From positions 3,345-67,344 of the forward strand of contig CAYUSA010000009.1 of NCBI GenBank assembly GCA_964447335.1: a DNA stretch of 64,000 nt, given 5' to 3'. The notes beneath the pieces are model-generated. The model did not search any database. It saw nothing but the letters and a program-made list of their open reading frames with translations, and was not told the DNA's origin. The translations under genes were made by a program, and so were the position numbers. The DNA comes from an uncultured Actinomycetes bacterium. GTDB lineage: Bacteria; Actinomycetota; UBA4738; HRBIN12. Below, one piece after another: positions 43,290 through 51,504 of the stretch; position 1 is the first letter of the stretch, and every line of letters begins with the position of its first letter.

Positions 43290-43600
43290 ACGTGCCTCCT
43301 TGGATACGAACGGGCCGGACCCAGTGTGGGGGCCCGGCCCGTTCGGTATCTATCGCCTCACGGGCACTTCGGCCTCTGACGAGGCTTCGTCCGGTAGACC
43401 AGCCGGAACTCGTGAGGGCGGTGAACTGGTTGGATTCTGCCGGTCTCCCGGCGAACGGGCGGGGCGGTGGCCCCGGCCCGCGAGGGATGGCTCAGCAGCC
43501 AGTCACCTCGAGGGTCTCATGCTGTTCGTGCAAGCTGGACCACCTCCTTTCTCCCGTGCCGCACATGGTGCGGCAGAACCCGCGGCAAGGCAACCCGAGG

Positions 43601-44029
43601 TCAGGGGGCCTGGGAGGGGGCGGCCAGGAACCCCTCAGTGCGGGCGGCCTCCCACAACCGTCTGTCCCAGCACGCGAAGGTGAGCTCCGCGGGGTCGTCG
43701 ACGAGCTCGTGGGCGGCCGCGAGGTGGATCGCGTCGGCGGAGCGAAGCGGGTGGCTGCGAGCCAGCTCCGCCGCCCGCTCGGCTCCGACCGCGTCCAGCT
43801 CGACCACGACCAGGTCTGCCCACCTTCGATCGAAGCCGCGCGCCGCTCGGGAGGCCTGGGCCGGCGACAGGCGCCCCTCACGCCGGCCCCGCGCGAACGC
43901 CGCGTGACACTCCACGAACGAGTGCCGCGACGTCGCCCGGGTGGTCGCCTCCCGGAGCAGCCCGATGACCGCGTCGCTCCCCGCCTCCTCGAGGAAAGCC
44001 TTCACGAGGGCGCTCGCGTCCAGGTAGGT
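43601..44029 (-). CDS. vapC: VapC PIN-domain toxin; the start codon is uncertain and may be non-canonical
   Basis: (L)ITYLDASALVKAFLEEAGSD...ECHAAFAR...LDAVGAERAAELA...LRSADAIHLAAA is PIN-like. The ORF track starts at an internal GTG after the first catalytic Asp. The only upstream in-frame candidate is a CTG that overlaps the phd stop. Confidence 0.7.
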   Translation of the reverse strand, partial: TYLDASALVKAFLEEAGSDAVIGLLREATTRATSRHSFVECHAAFARGRREGRLSPAQASRAARGFDRRWADLVVVELDAVGAERAAELARSHPLRSADAIHLAAAHELVDDPAELTFACWDRRLWEAARTEGFLAAPSQAP

Positions 44030-44031
44030 GA

Positions 44032-44295
44032 TCAGCCTCGGTCCTCGCCGATGTAGTCGGAGAACGGTGGGCCGGTCCTGGGACGGATCAGGGCGTCGGG
44101 CGGTTCGAAGCGTTTGCCCGACCAGGTGACACGGCCGTCGGCCATGAGCCTCGCGATGCGCTCAGGGGTGGCCGTTGGGATGATCCAGGCGATCGGCTCG
44201 CCGCGATCGGTGACGACGATCGTCTCGCCCGCCCGCACGCGCTTCAGGTAGCGGCTGAGCGCGTTCTTCAGCTCACGCACACCCACTTCCGCCAT
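44032..44295 (-). CDS. Phd/YefM-family antitoxin
   Basis: MAEVGVRELKNALSRYLKRVRAGETIVVTDRGEPIAWIIP. I used the internal start. The stop overlaps the vapC 5' end. Confidence 0.75.
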   Translation of the reverse strand: MAEVGVRELKNALSRYLKRVRAGETIVVTDRGEPIAWIIPTATPERIARLMADGRVTWSGKRFEPPDALIRPRTGPPFSDYIGEDRG

Positions 44296-44427
44296 GTAGC
44301 CACGATAGCGCCGATGTAGCCTCATCCGCAACCCGGGTCGGGGGATCTCCGGGAGGTCGGCGATATCGGAAGAGGTATCGGCCGGCTCGCGGACGTCCGC
44401 GTCCTCGTCGGTGCCCATCGCCGGACC

Positions 44428-45918
44428 CTACGACGAGCCGCCGACACCGAGCGCCTCGGCTCCGTAGGCGGCGACGATGCGCGAGAGCTCCTGTGCCGTC
44501 GCGTCGTCGAGGGGTTCGGGCTCGTGCTCCGCGAGGAGCCGTCGCACCTCCGCGAGCGCGACGTCGGCCGGGTCCGGCTCCCCGGCGGTCTCCCACGCCT
44601 CCCACGAGGAGCGGTCCATGTACGTCGCCCGCCAGAGCTCGCTCATGTGCTGCAGCGTGTGGGGCTCGGCCAGGAAGTGGCCTTCGGGTCCCACATGCTC
44701 GACCACGTCGAGACCGAGGTGTGCATCGTCGAAGGCGTAACCCTCCGCCCACCGGGCCACGGAGCCGAACAGCTCGCAGTCGAGCAGCAGCTGGGCCGGC
44801 GAGAACACGTTGGCGGCGTAGAGGCTGCCGGCGCCGTTGAACAGGTCGGCCGGCATGAACACGCTCTTGGCGGCCGTGAGGGCTGCCTGCGCTCCGGCCT
44901 GCCAGTTCGATCGCTTGGCGCCGGTCCCGAGCATCCCGGTCGCGCATGGGAGGTCGAGCGCGCGGAGCACCTGCGTGCACGCCATCGCGGCGAACGAGTC
45001 GTCCGGTCCCGCCGCGAGGTTGAGCGCACCCGAGCGCAGGTCCATCGTCGAGGGGTACCCGGTGCAGATCGCCTTCGCGCCGGGCGCCATCGTCTGCAGG
45101 ATGGCGAGTCCGGAGAGGATCTCGGCGATCGTCAGCGTGAGCAGACCCGCCACGGTGCCGGGAGCGGTGGCGCACGCCATGGCCATGGAGACGATCGAGA
45201 TGGGGATGCCCGCCTCCGCGTAGACCTCGAACGCGTCGATCGGTCCCTCGTCCCAGAACAGCGGGCTGATGATGCACTGGATGCTCGACAGGATGGGGCG
45301 CGCGCGCAGCGCATCGGCACCGCCGGCCACCGTCCGACACAGCTCCACGACGCCGCGCGCGGTGACGGCGTCGGTCCCCGAACCGGTCTGGAGGTGCTTG
45401 GTCGTGTTGTTCAACTGCACCTCGACCTCGTGCAGCGAGCGCACCTCGGCCGGCGTGTCGCCCGCCGACACGGAGCGCCACAGGAACCCGATCTCGGGCA
45501 GCGCGTCCGCGAGACGCGTGATCTGCCCCAGGTCGGCTTTCGTGGACGCGCGACGCCGTCCGGTGTCGAGGTCGATCACCTGCGGGGCGCAGCCGTCCGG
45601 CGACAGGTACCCGTGCGCCCCGTCGATCGCCAGGTCTCGGTCGGGACGGCGGCCTGCCAGCGTGTAGTGGCGGGGCGCGAGCGCGCGCTTCTCCTCCACG
45701 AAGTCGGGGGCGAAGCGGATGCGTCCGTGCTCGAAGTCGACGTCCTGGCCGTGGTCGGCCATGAGCTTCAGCAGCTTCGCGCTGTTCGTCGCGATGCCGG
45801 TTCGCTGCAGGATCTGCAGGGCGCCTTCGCGGATGCGCCTGACCTGGTCGGGCGTGAGCACCTCGACGTGGTACTTGAGCGGGAGCGAGCGGATGGGCCC
45901 GGGTGTCTCGATCGTCAT
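44428..45918 (-). CDS. Trimethylamine-methyltransferase (MttB) family protein, non-pyrrolysine type (likely a glycine-betaine/quaternary-amine:corrinoid methyltransferase)
   Basis: The 496-aa MttB-superfamily TIM barrel (...ISPLFWDEGPIDAFEVYAEAGIPISIVSMAMACATAPGT...) has no in-frame amber codon. Confidence 0.8.
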   Translation of the reverse strand: MTIETPGPIRSLPLKYHVEVLTPDQVRRIREGALQILQRTGIATNSAKLLKLMADHGQDVDFEHGRIRFAPDFVEEKRALAPRHYTLAGRRPDRDLAIDGAHGYLSPDGCAPQVIDLDTGRRRASTKADLGQITRLADALPEIGFLWRSVSAGDTPAEVRSLHEVEVQLNNTTKHLQTGSGTDAVTARGVVELCRTVAGGADALRARPILSSIQCIISPLFWDEGPIDAFEVYAEAGIPISIVSMAMACATAPGTVAGLLTLTIAEILSGLAILQTMAPGAKAICTGYPSTMDLRSGALNLAAGPDDSFAAMACTQVLRALDLPCATGMLGTGAKRSNWQAGAQAALTAAKSVFMPADLFNGAGSLYAANVFSPAQLLLDCELFGSVARWAEGYAFDDAHLGLDVVEHVGPEGHFLAEPHTLQHMSELWRATYMDRSSWEAWETAGEPDPADVALAEVRRLLAEHEPEPLDDATAQELSRIVAAYGAEALGVGGSS

Positions 45919-45968
45919 CTGGCATCACCTCGGTGCCTCGGTGAGGCGAACGCGCTCCTGACCTGGTT

Positions 45969-46394
45969 CTAGGTCTCGGCTTCCACGAGGTCCTTGATGT
46001 TCCCGATGCTCCGCTCCATGAGGCCGGTGAGCAAGCTCGGATCGGTCGACTCGCCCATCCCGGAGATATCGACGCTGACGGTGAGCAGGGTGCGGCCCGG
46101 TCCGTCTGCCTCGAAGGTGGCCCGCCCGTGCATCTCCATGGGTCCATCGTGGATCGCCAGGCCTATCGCCCGTTCGGGATCGAACTCCACGACCTCCATC
46201 GTTCCCTCGACGGGGGTGCCGGAGCGGGAGTTGCGCCTCCGGATGACCGTCCCGACCCCGATCGGGCCGTAGGACTCTTGCTCGAGCTCCATGTCCGGAT
46301 CCCAACGGGGATGGTTGCGGACGTGCTCGACGGCGTAGAAGCGCCAGACGTCGGCTACCGGGCGGTCGATCACCTTCGAAACCTCGACCTTCAT
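45969..46394 (-). CDS. SRPBCC-family (polyketide-cyclase/AHSA1-like) protein
   Basis: MKVEVSKVIDRPVADVWRFYAVEHVRNHPRWDP... is a START/Bet v1-like fold signature. I used the internal start. Confidence 0.6.
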   Translation of the reverse strand: MKVEVSKVIDRPVADVWRFYAVEHVRNHPRWDPDMELEQESYGPIGVGTVIRRRNSRSGTPVEGTMEVVEFDPERAIGLAIHDGPMEMHGRATFEADGPGRTLLTVSVDISGMGESTDPSLLTGLMERSIGNIKDLVEAET

Positions 46395-46491
46395 GCGTGC
46401 GCACCTCCTGCTCAGAGATGTCGGGTCGGATCCGCGCAGGGGATCGCCATCCGCCGGACCATAGCGCACCGCCGAAGTATCCGGGCGGTCG

Positions 46492-46887
46492 TCAGGAAGG
46501 CCACTCGTTCTCGGCGATGCGAGCTTCGATGAGCCGTCGAACGAGCGCGTCGGGCAGCGGCGCGTCGGGTGGGAAGCGGATCGTGCCCTTGCCGGTGTCG
46601 TACCCCGCGAGCTCGTCACGGTGCGCCTCCATGACGCCGGTGCTCATCAGGTAGAAGGAGCAGTGGTTCTTCGTCGCTCCGAACCCCACGAGGGGACGCC
46701 CGTGCAGCCTGCACGTCGGGATCCCAAAGCTGATGCGCTCCGTCACCTCTGGTGCGACCGCCTTGATCGCCGCGCGGAGCGTCATGAGCGCCCGGCGCTG
46801 ATCCTCGGGGAGGGCGGCGAGGTAGGCGTCCACGTCGGCCGCCCCAGCAGGGGCCGTCGCTCCATCGTCGCCATGACGCTTCGGCAT
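46492..46887 (-). CDS. DUF1801 (YdhG-like) domain protein
   Basis: ...VDAYLAALPEDQRRALMTLRAAIKAVAPEVTERISFGIPTCRLHGRPLVGF... is the typical DUF1801 pattern. Confidence 0.6.
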   Translation of the reverse strand: MPKRHGDDGATAPAGAADVDAYLAALPEDQRRALMTLRAAIKAVAPEVTERISFGIPTCRLHGRPLVGFGATKNHCSFYLMSTGVMEAHRDELAGYDTGKGTIRFPPDAPLPDALVRRLIEARIAENEWPS

Positions 46888-46984
46888 CGGTCATCCCTCT
46901 GGTATCGGTGGGCGAAAACGCATCCTAGCGGAGCGCTCGAACAGCCACTCCCGGTCTGCGACACACGGCTAGCGACACCGTGGC

Positions 46985-48358
46985 TCAGGTGCTGAGGCGG
47001 CTCCTCGGCAGGAACTTCCCCTGCCCGGGCTTGCCGTGGTACTCGCCGCCCTCGACGAGCACCTGCCCGCGCTGCATCACGGTCTCGGGCAGCCCGTGAA
47101 CCGTCATGCCCTCGTAGCAGGAGTAGTCCACGTTCATGTGGTGGGTCTCCGCGGAGATGACCCGCTCGTGCTTGGGGTCGAAGACCACGATGTCGGCGTC
47201 CGATCCCGGCGCGATCGTCCCCTTGCGCGGGTACAGGCCGAACATCTTCGCGGGGGTGGTGGCGACCAGCTCGACGAACCGGTTCAGCCCGATGTGCCCC
47301 CTCTCGACACCCTGGTAGATCAGCGTGAACCGGTCCTCGACCGAGGGCAGGCCGTTCGGGATCTTGGAGAAGTCGTCCTTGCCGAGCTCCTTCTGGCCCT
47401 TGTAGTTGAAGGGCGCGTGGTCGGTCGAGACGATGCTCAGGTCGCCGGCGCGGAGCCCGGCCCACAGGTCCTCCTGGTGATCGGCCGGCCGAAGCGGCGG
47501 CGAGCACACGTACTTCGCCCCCTCGAAGCCCGGCCTCGCCATGTCGTCGGAGCTCAGGTACAGGTACTGGGGGCACGTCTCGGCGAACGCGGGGAGCCCG
47601 CGATCCCGCGCCTCGCGCACGGCGTTCAGCCCGTCGCGCGAGGACAGGTGCACGATGTACGCGGGGGCGCCCGCGAGCTCCGCGAGCTTGAACGCGCGGT
47701 GGACCGCCTCGCCCTCCATCGAGGCCGGCCGCGACAGCCCGTGGTACTTCGGCTCGAGCTTGCCCTCCTCGACATACCGATGCACCAGCACGTCGATCGG
47801 CCCGCCGTTCTCCGCGTGCATCATGATCAGCGCGCCCGAGTCCGCGGCGCGCTGCATCGTTCGGAAGATCGACGCGTCGTCAAGCATGAAGACGCCCGGG
47901 TACGCCATGAAGAGCTTGAAGGAGGTCACGCCCTCCCCGACCAGCTCGTCCATCTCCCTCAGGACCTGGTCGTTCACCTCCTTCACGATCATGTGGAACC
48001 CGTAGTCGATCGAGGAGGTCTGCGCTTTCTCGAACCACAGCTCGAGGCCCGGTCGGAGACCCTCGCCGGTCCCCTGCAGGGCGAAGTCCACGATCGTGGT
48101 CGTCCCCCCGAACGCGGCGGCGCGCGAGCCCGTCTCGAAGTCGTCCGAGCAGGAGCTCCCGCCGAAGGGCAGGTCCATGTGCGTGTGCACGTCGACCCCG
48201 CCCGGCATCACGTACCGGCCGGTCGCGTCGATCGTCCTGTCGGCCTCGACGCTCATCCCGACCCCGATCGCGGCGACCTTCTCGTCCTCGATGACGACGT
48301 CGGCCTTGACCGCGTCCGTCGCCGTCACGAGCGTCCCGTTCCGGATCAGCGTCCTCAT
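46985..48358 (-). CDS. Dihydropyrimidinase / D-hydantoinase (cyclic amidohydrolase)
   Basis: ...GGVDVHTHMDLPFGGS...FKLFMAYPG... is the metal-dependent amidohydrolase signature of hydantoinases. Confidence 0.85.
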   Translation of the reverse strand: MRTLIRNGTLVTATDAVKADVVIEDEKVAAIGVGMSVEADRTIDATGRYVMPGGVDVHTHMDLPFGGSSCSDDFETGSRAAAFGGTTTIVDFALQGTGEGLRPGLELWFEKAQTSSIDYGFHMIVKEVNDQVLREMDELVGEGVTSFKLFMAYPGVFMLDDASIFRTMQRAADSGALIMMHAENGGPIDVLVHRYVEEGKLEPKYHGLSRPASMEGEAVHRAFKLAELAGAPAYIVHLSSRDGLNAVREARDRGLPAFAETCPQYLYLSSDDMARPGFEGAKYVCSPPLRPADHQEDLWAGLRAGDLSIVSTDHAPFNYKGQKELGKDDFSKIPNGLPSVEDRFTLIYQGVERGHIGLNRFVELVATTPAKMFGLYPRKGTIAPGSDADIVVFDPKHERVISAETHHMNVDYSCYEGMTVHGLPETVMQRGQVLVEGGEYHGKPGQGKFLPRSRLST

Positions 48359-49200
48359 GGCAGCAGCTCCGTCAGCTCGCCGTAGGTCTCGGGACGCCGG
48401 TCCCGCATGAACTGCCAGGTGTCCCGAACCTCACGGATCATGTCCATGTCCAGGTCGTGGACCAGCACCTCGTCCTCGGAGTCCGAGGCCCGCGCGACGA
48501 TCTGCCCTCGCGGATCGCAGAAGTAGGAGGAGCCGTAGAAGCGCGCGCTCGACAGCGGCTCCTCGACGCCGACCCGGTTGATCGCCGCGATCCAGTAGCC
48601 GTTCGCGACCGCGTGGGCCGGCTGCTCGAGCTCCCACAGGTACTTCGAGAGCGACTCGACGGTCGCCGACGGGTTGAACACGAGCTCCGCGCCCTTCAGG
48701 CCGACCTGCCGCGCGACCTCCGGGAAGTGCCGGTCGTAGCAGATGATCAGGCCGATCTTGCCGACCGAGGTGTCGAAGACCGGGTACCCGAGGTTGCCGG
48801 GCTTGAAGTAGAACTTCTCCCAGAAGCACGGCCCGACGTGCGGGATGTGCGTCTTGCGGTACGTGCCGAGGAGGGTGCCGTCGGTCTCGATCACGGCCGC
48901 CGCGTTGTAGTAGACGCCGGTCTGCGCCTCCTCGAACCACGGGACCACGAGCACCATCGCGTGCTCCTTCGCGACCTCGCGCATCCTCGTCATCGTGGGG
49001 CCGTCCACCGGTTCCGCGGTCCGGTACCACTTCGGATCCTGCTCGGCGGGGAAATAGGGGCCGTGGAAGATCTCCTGCAGGCAGGTCACCTTCGCGCCCT
49101 CGGCCGCGGCCTTGGCGATGAGCCCGACGTGCTTGTCGATCGCCTCCTCCTTCGGCATGTTCGCGTAGCACTGGATCACCGCCGCCCTCACGGTCCTCAT
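48355..49200 (-). CDS. Beta-ureidopropionase / N-carbamoyl-amidohydrolase (C-N hydrolase family)
   Basis: MRTVRAAVIQ...LQEIFHGPYF (Glu)...YRKTHIP (Lys)...IGLIICYDRHFPE (Cys), a beta-alanine-synthase-like CN-hydrolase. It overlaps the hydantoinase start by 4 bp. Confidence 0.8.
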   Translation of the reverse strand: MRTVRAAVIQCYANMPKEEAIDKHVGLIAKAAAEGAKVTCLQEIFHGPYFPAEQDPKWYRTAEPVDGPTMTRMREVAKEHAMVLVVPWFEEAQTGVYYNAAAVIETDGTLLGTYRKTHIPHVGPCFWEKFYFKPGNLGYPVFDTSVGKIGLIICYDRHFPEVARQVGLKGAELVFNPSATVESLSKYLWELEQPAHAVANGYWIAAINRVGVEEPLSSARFYGSSYFCDPRGQIVARASDSEDEVLVHDLDMDMIREVRDTWQFMRDRRPETYGELTELLP

Positions 49201-49211
49201 CGCTTCCTCCT

Positions 49212-50204
49212 TCACCTGAACGCGGGGATCAGCTCCCGGCCGAAGCTCCTGATCAGCCCGGCGGGGTCGTCGACCATCGAGTAGATGTTGAACTGGTCCA
49301 CACCGAGCGCCTCGAGCTCGCGCAGCTTCGCCAGGCACCGCTCCCGCGAGCCGAGCACGCAGAAGCGGTCCACGACCTCGTCGGTCACGAACGAGGCGTG
49401 CTCGGCGCCGGTCCTGCCATGGTCCGCGTAGTCGTAGTGGTCGCGCGCCTCGATGAACTCGGTCAGCTCCAGCGGGAGCTCGGTCGAGGCGTAGCGCTGG
49501 ACGAGGTCGACGACGTGGTTCGACACCATCGCCGGGAACCAGCGGACCTGCTCCCGAGCCGCCTCCAGGTCGTCGGTCACGTACGCGGGAGCGGCGCTCA
49601 TGATCTGGATGTCGTCGAACGAGCGGCCCGCCTCCTCGGCGCCCTCGCGCACGTACCGCAGCGACCACTCGATGATGTAGGGGTCCGCGAGCTGCATGAT
49701 GAGCCCGTCGGCCACGCGCCCCGCCGCCCGGAGCGCCTTCGGCCCGTAGGCGGCGACCCATACCGGGAGCGTCCCGCTCGCCCACTTCAGCCGGAGCGGG
49801 GTGCCCTCGTAGTCGATCTCGCGCCCCTCCGCCAGATCGCGGATCTGCCGGCAGGCCTGCTCCATGTGCTCGACGGTCACGGGCGGCTTGCCGATCACGC
49901 GTCGGGCGCTGTCGCCACGGCCCATCCCGACCACCATGCGCCCGCCGGAGATCTCGTTCAGCGTGGCGAGCGCGCTGGCCGTCACGGTGATGTCCCGCGT
50001 GGCCGGGTTCGTCACGCAGGGTCCGATCCTGACCCGCTCCGTGTTCACGGCGATCAGCGTGAAGACCGGGTAGACGTCCTGCCACAGGATGTGGGAGTCC
50101 CAGGCCCAGACGTAGTCGAACCCGTTCCCCTCGGCCAGCTTCGCCAGCTCGACCACCCGCGAGGGCGGCGGGTCCAGCATGAACGTGACGCCGAAGGAGA
50201 GCAT
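49212..50204 (-). CDS. LLM-class (luciferase-like) flavin/F420-dependent oxidoreductase
   Basis: MLSFGVTFMLDPP...ELAKLAEGNGFDYVWAWDSHI...GRMVVGMGRGDSAR... is the bacterial-luciferase TIM-barrel family. I used the internal start. Confidence 0.8.
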   Translation of the reverse strand: MLSFGVTFMLDPPPSRVVELAKLAEGNGFDYVWAWDSHILWQDVYPVFTLIAVNTERVRIGPCVTNPATRDITVTASALATLNEISGGRMVVGMGRGDSARRVIGKPPVTVEHMEQACRQIRDLAEGREIDYEGTPLRLKWASGTLPVWVAAYGPKALRAAGRVADGLIMQLADPYIIEWSLRYVREGAEEAGRSFDDIQIMSAAPAYVTDDLEAAREQVRWFPAMVSNHVVDLVQRYASTELPLELTEFIEARDHYDYADHGRTGAEHASFVTDEVVDRFCVLGSRERCLAKLRELEALGVDQFNIYSMVDDPAGLIRSFGRELIPAFR

Positions 50205-50513
50205 CGGCCCCTTTCGCTCTGGCTCGTGGTCCGCTCGACGACGCCGCTGGGGCGGCGCGCCCGTGCTGGTCCACCCTAGCCCAAGCCGCCGAGGGCGGGG
50301 GCGCTCGTGCGGGTGCTCGCGGGGCGGCGGCGCCGGTCGTGCCGGCGGTTGACTTCGCCCTTGTGTGATGAGGTACCCCATCACCCATCGGTGGACGTCA
50401 GCGCCCACCGGAAGGGAGGGGGCGACATGGCGATCGCGCCGAAGCAGGGCCCGACCCTTGGAACTGCCGCTCGAGCGCGAGGGATCGGTCGAGGTCATCC
50501 ACGGGGGACGAGG

Positions 50514-51131
50514 CTACCCGAGAGGACTGGTCGGCCCCCGGAGTGCCGCCGCGACCCGTCGTCGGACGCGGCTATCGATCGACCGCATCGCCTGCCCGAG
50601 CCGGGGGTCGGTCCGCTCGATCTCACGGATGCGTCGCAGCACGTAGCGCCGGTCGATCCGGTCGAACGCTCCGGCCGCGACCGCGAGCGCCGAGCGGAAC
50701 TCGAGGCTCTCGTCCGTCCACGGCGCCGTGGCTTGGCGCAGCCGGTCCACGTACAGGTCGTCGACGCCGATCATCGCGACGGTCCCGCGGTCGATCCGAA
50801 CACGCTCGATCCGGCTCTCGTCGCCGTCGATCCGGCTCTCGGGGAACTCGACCGCGACCCTCGACGCGTCGTGGAACCAATGACGCCCTCGCTTGCGGAA
50901 GCCGAGGGTGCGCAGCAGCTTCGGCTCCCCGTCTCGCAGCCACCCGCACACGTCGAGGTCGGTCTCGTGGTACGGCGCGCCGGAGTGGAACTCCTCGGCG
51001 GTTCCGCCGACCACCACGGGTTCGATCTCGAGCACCTCGCGGAGGGCGGCCGCCACGAGGAGGTGCCGTCGGAGGCGGTCCCGCTCCCGGGCGGCGTGCT
51101 CGAGCAGCGCCTCAGCGCGCGAAACGGTCAC
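50514..51131 (-). CDS. Nucleotidyltransferase-fold protein, a putative toxin/effector partner of the XRE regulator
   Basis: ...PVVVGGTAEEFHSGAPYHETDLDVCGW... is a Pol-beta-like NTase G-G-x(n)-D-x-D motif. The gene overlaps the upstream XRE gene by 20 bp. Confidence 0.45.
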   Translation of the reverse strand: MTVSRAEALLEHAARERDRLRRHLLVAAALREVLEIEPVVVGGTAEEFHSGAPYHETDLDVCGWLRDGEPKLLRTLGFRKRGRHWFHDASRVAVEFPESRIDGDESRIERVRIDRGTVAMIGVDDLYVDRLRQATAPWTDESLEFRSALAVAAGAFDRIDRRYVLRRIREIERTDPRLGQAMRSIDSRVRRRVAAALRGPTSPLG

Positions 51132-51471
51132 GGGTCAGGCCGTCGGCCAACAGGCTCTCGGCCTCGGCGGGCGTGGGGTCGCGCTCCCAGGGATCGAACT
51201 CGTACTCGCCGAGCACCTTGCGGACCCGCTCCCGAAGCTCGCGCCGGGAGGGGCGGCGCCGCGGCGCACCGAGCGTCAGCGTGAGGGGTTCTCCCGTGGC
51301 CTCCGCGAGCCGTGCCAGCAGGTCGAGGCCGGGGAGCGTCCGCCCGGTCTCGATCTTCGAGAGGGCCGCCTGCGTGGTGCCGAGACGATCCGCGAGCTCG
51401 ACCTGCGTCAACCCCGCCTCGCGTCGACGCTTCGCCACGATCCTGCCGATATCCGACGTGTTCATAGCCAC
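51112..51471 (-). CDS. XRE-family helix-turn-helix transcriptional regulator
   Basis: IGRIVAKRRREAGLTQVELADRLGTTQAALSKIETGRTLPGLDLLARLAEATG is HTH_XRE. The start is a GTG. Confidence 0.75.
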   Translation of the reverse strand: MAMNTSDIGRIVAKRRREAGLTQVELADRLGTTQAALSKIETGRTLPGLDLLARLAEATGEPLTLTLGAPRRRPSRRELRERVRKVLGEYEFDPWERDPTPAEAESLLADGLTRDRFAR

Positions 51472-51482
51472 AGCCTAGCGGC

Positions 51483-51504
51483 GATATTGCTATATAGCAA
51501 TATC
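51483..51504. promoter_or_regulatory. 22-bp perfect AT-rich palindrome GATATTGCTATATAGCAATATC, a likely operator/promoter for the XRE gene
   Basis: Seen directly in the sequence. It sits 12 bp upstream of the XRE GTG start and overlaps the stop of the upstream ABC gene. It is strongly AT-rich in a 70% GC background. Confidence 0.5.
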
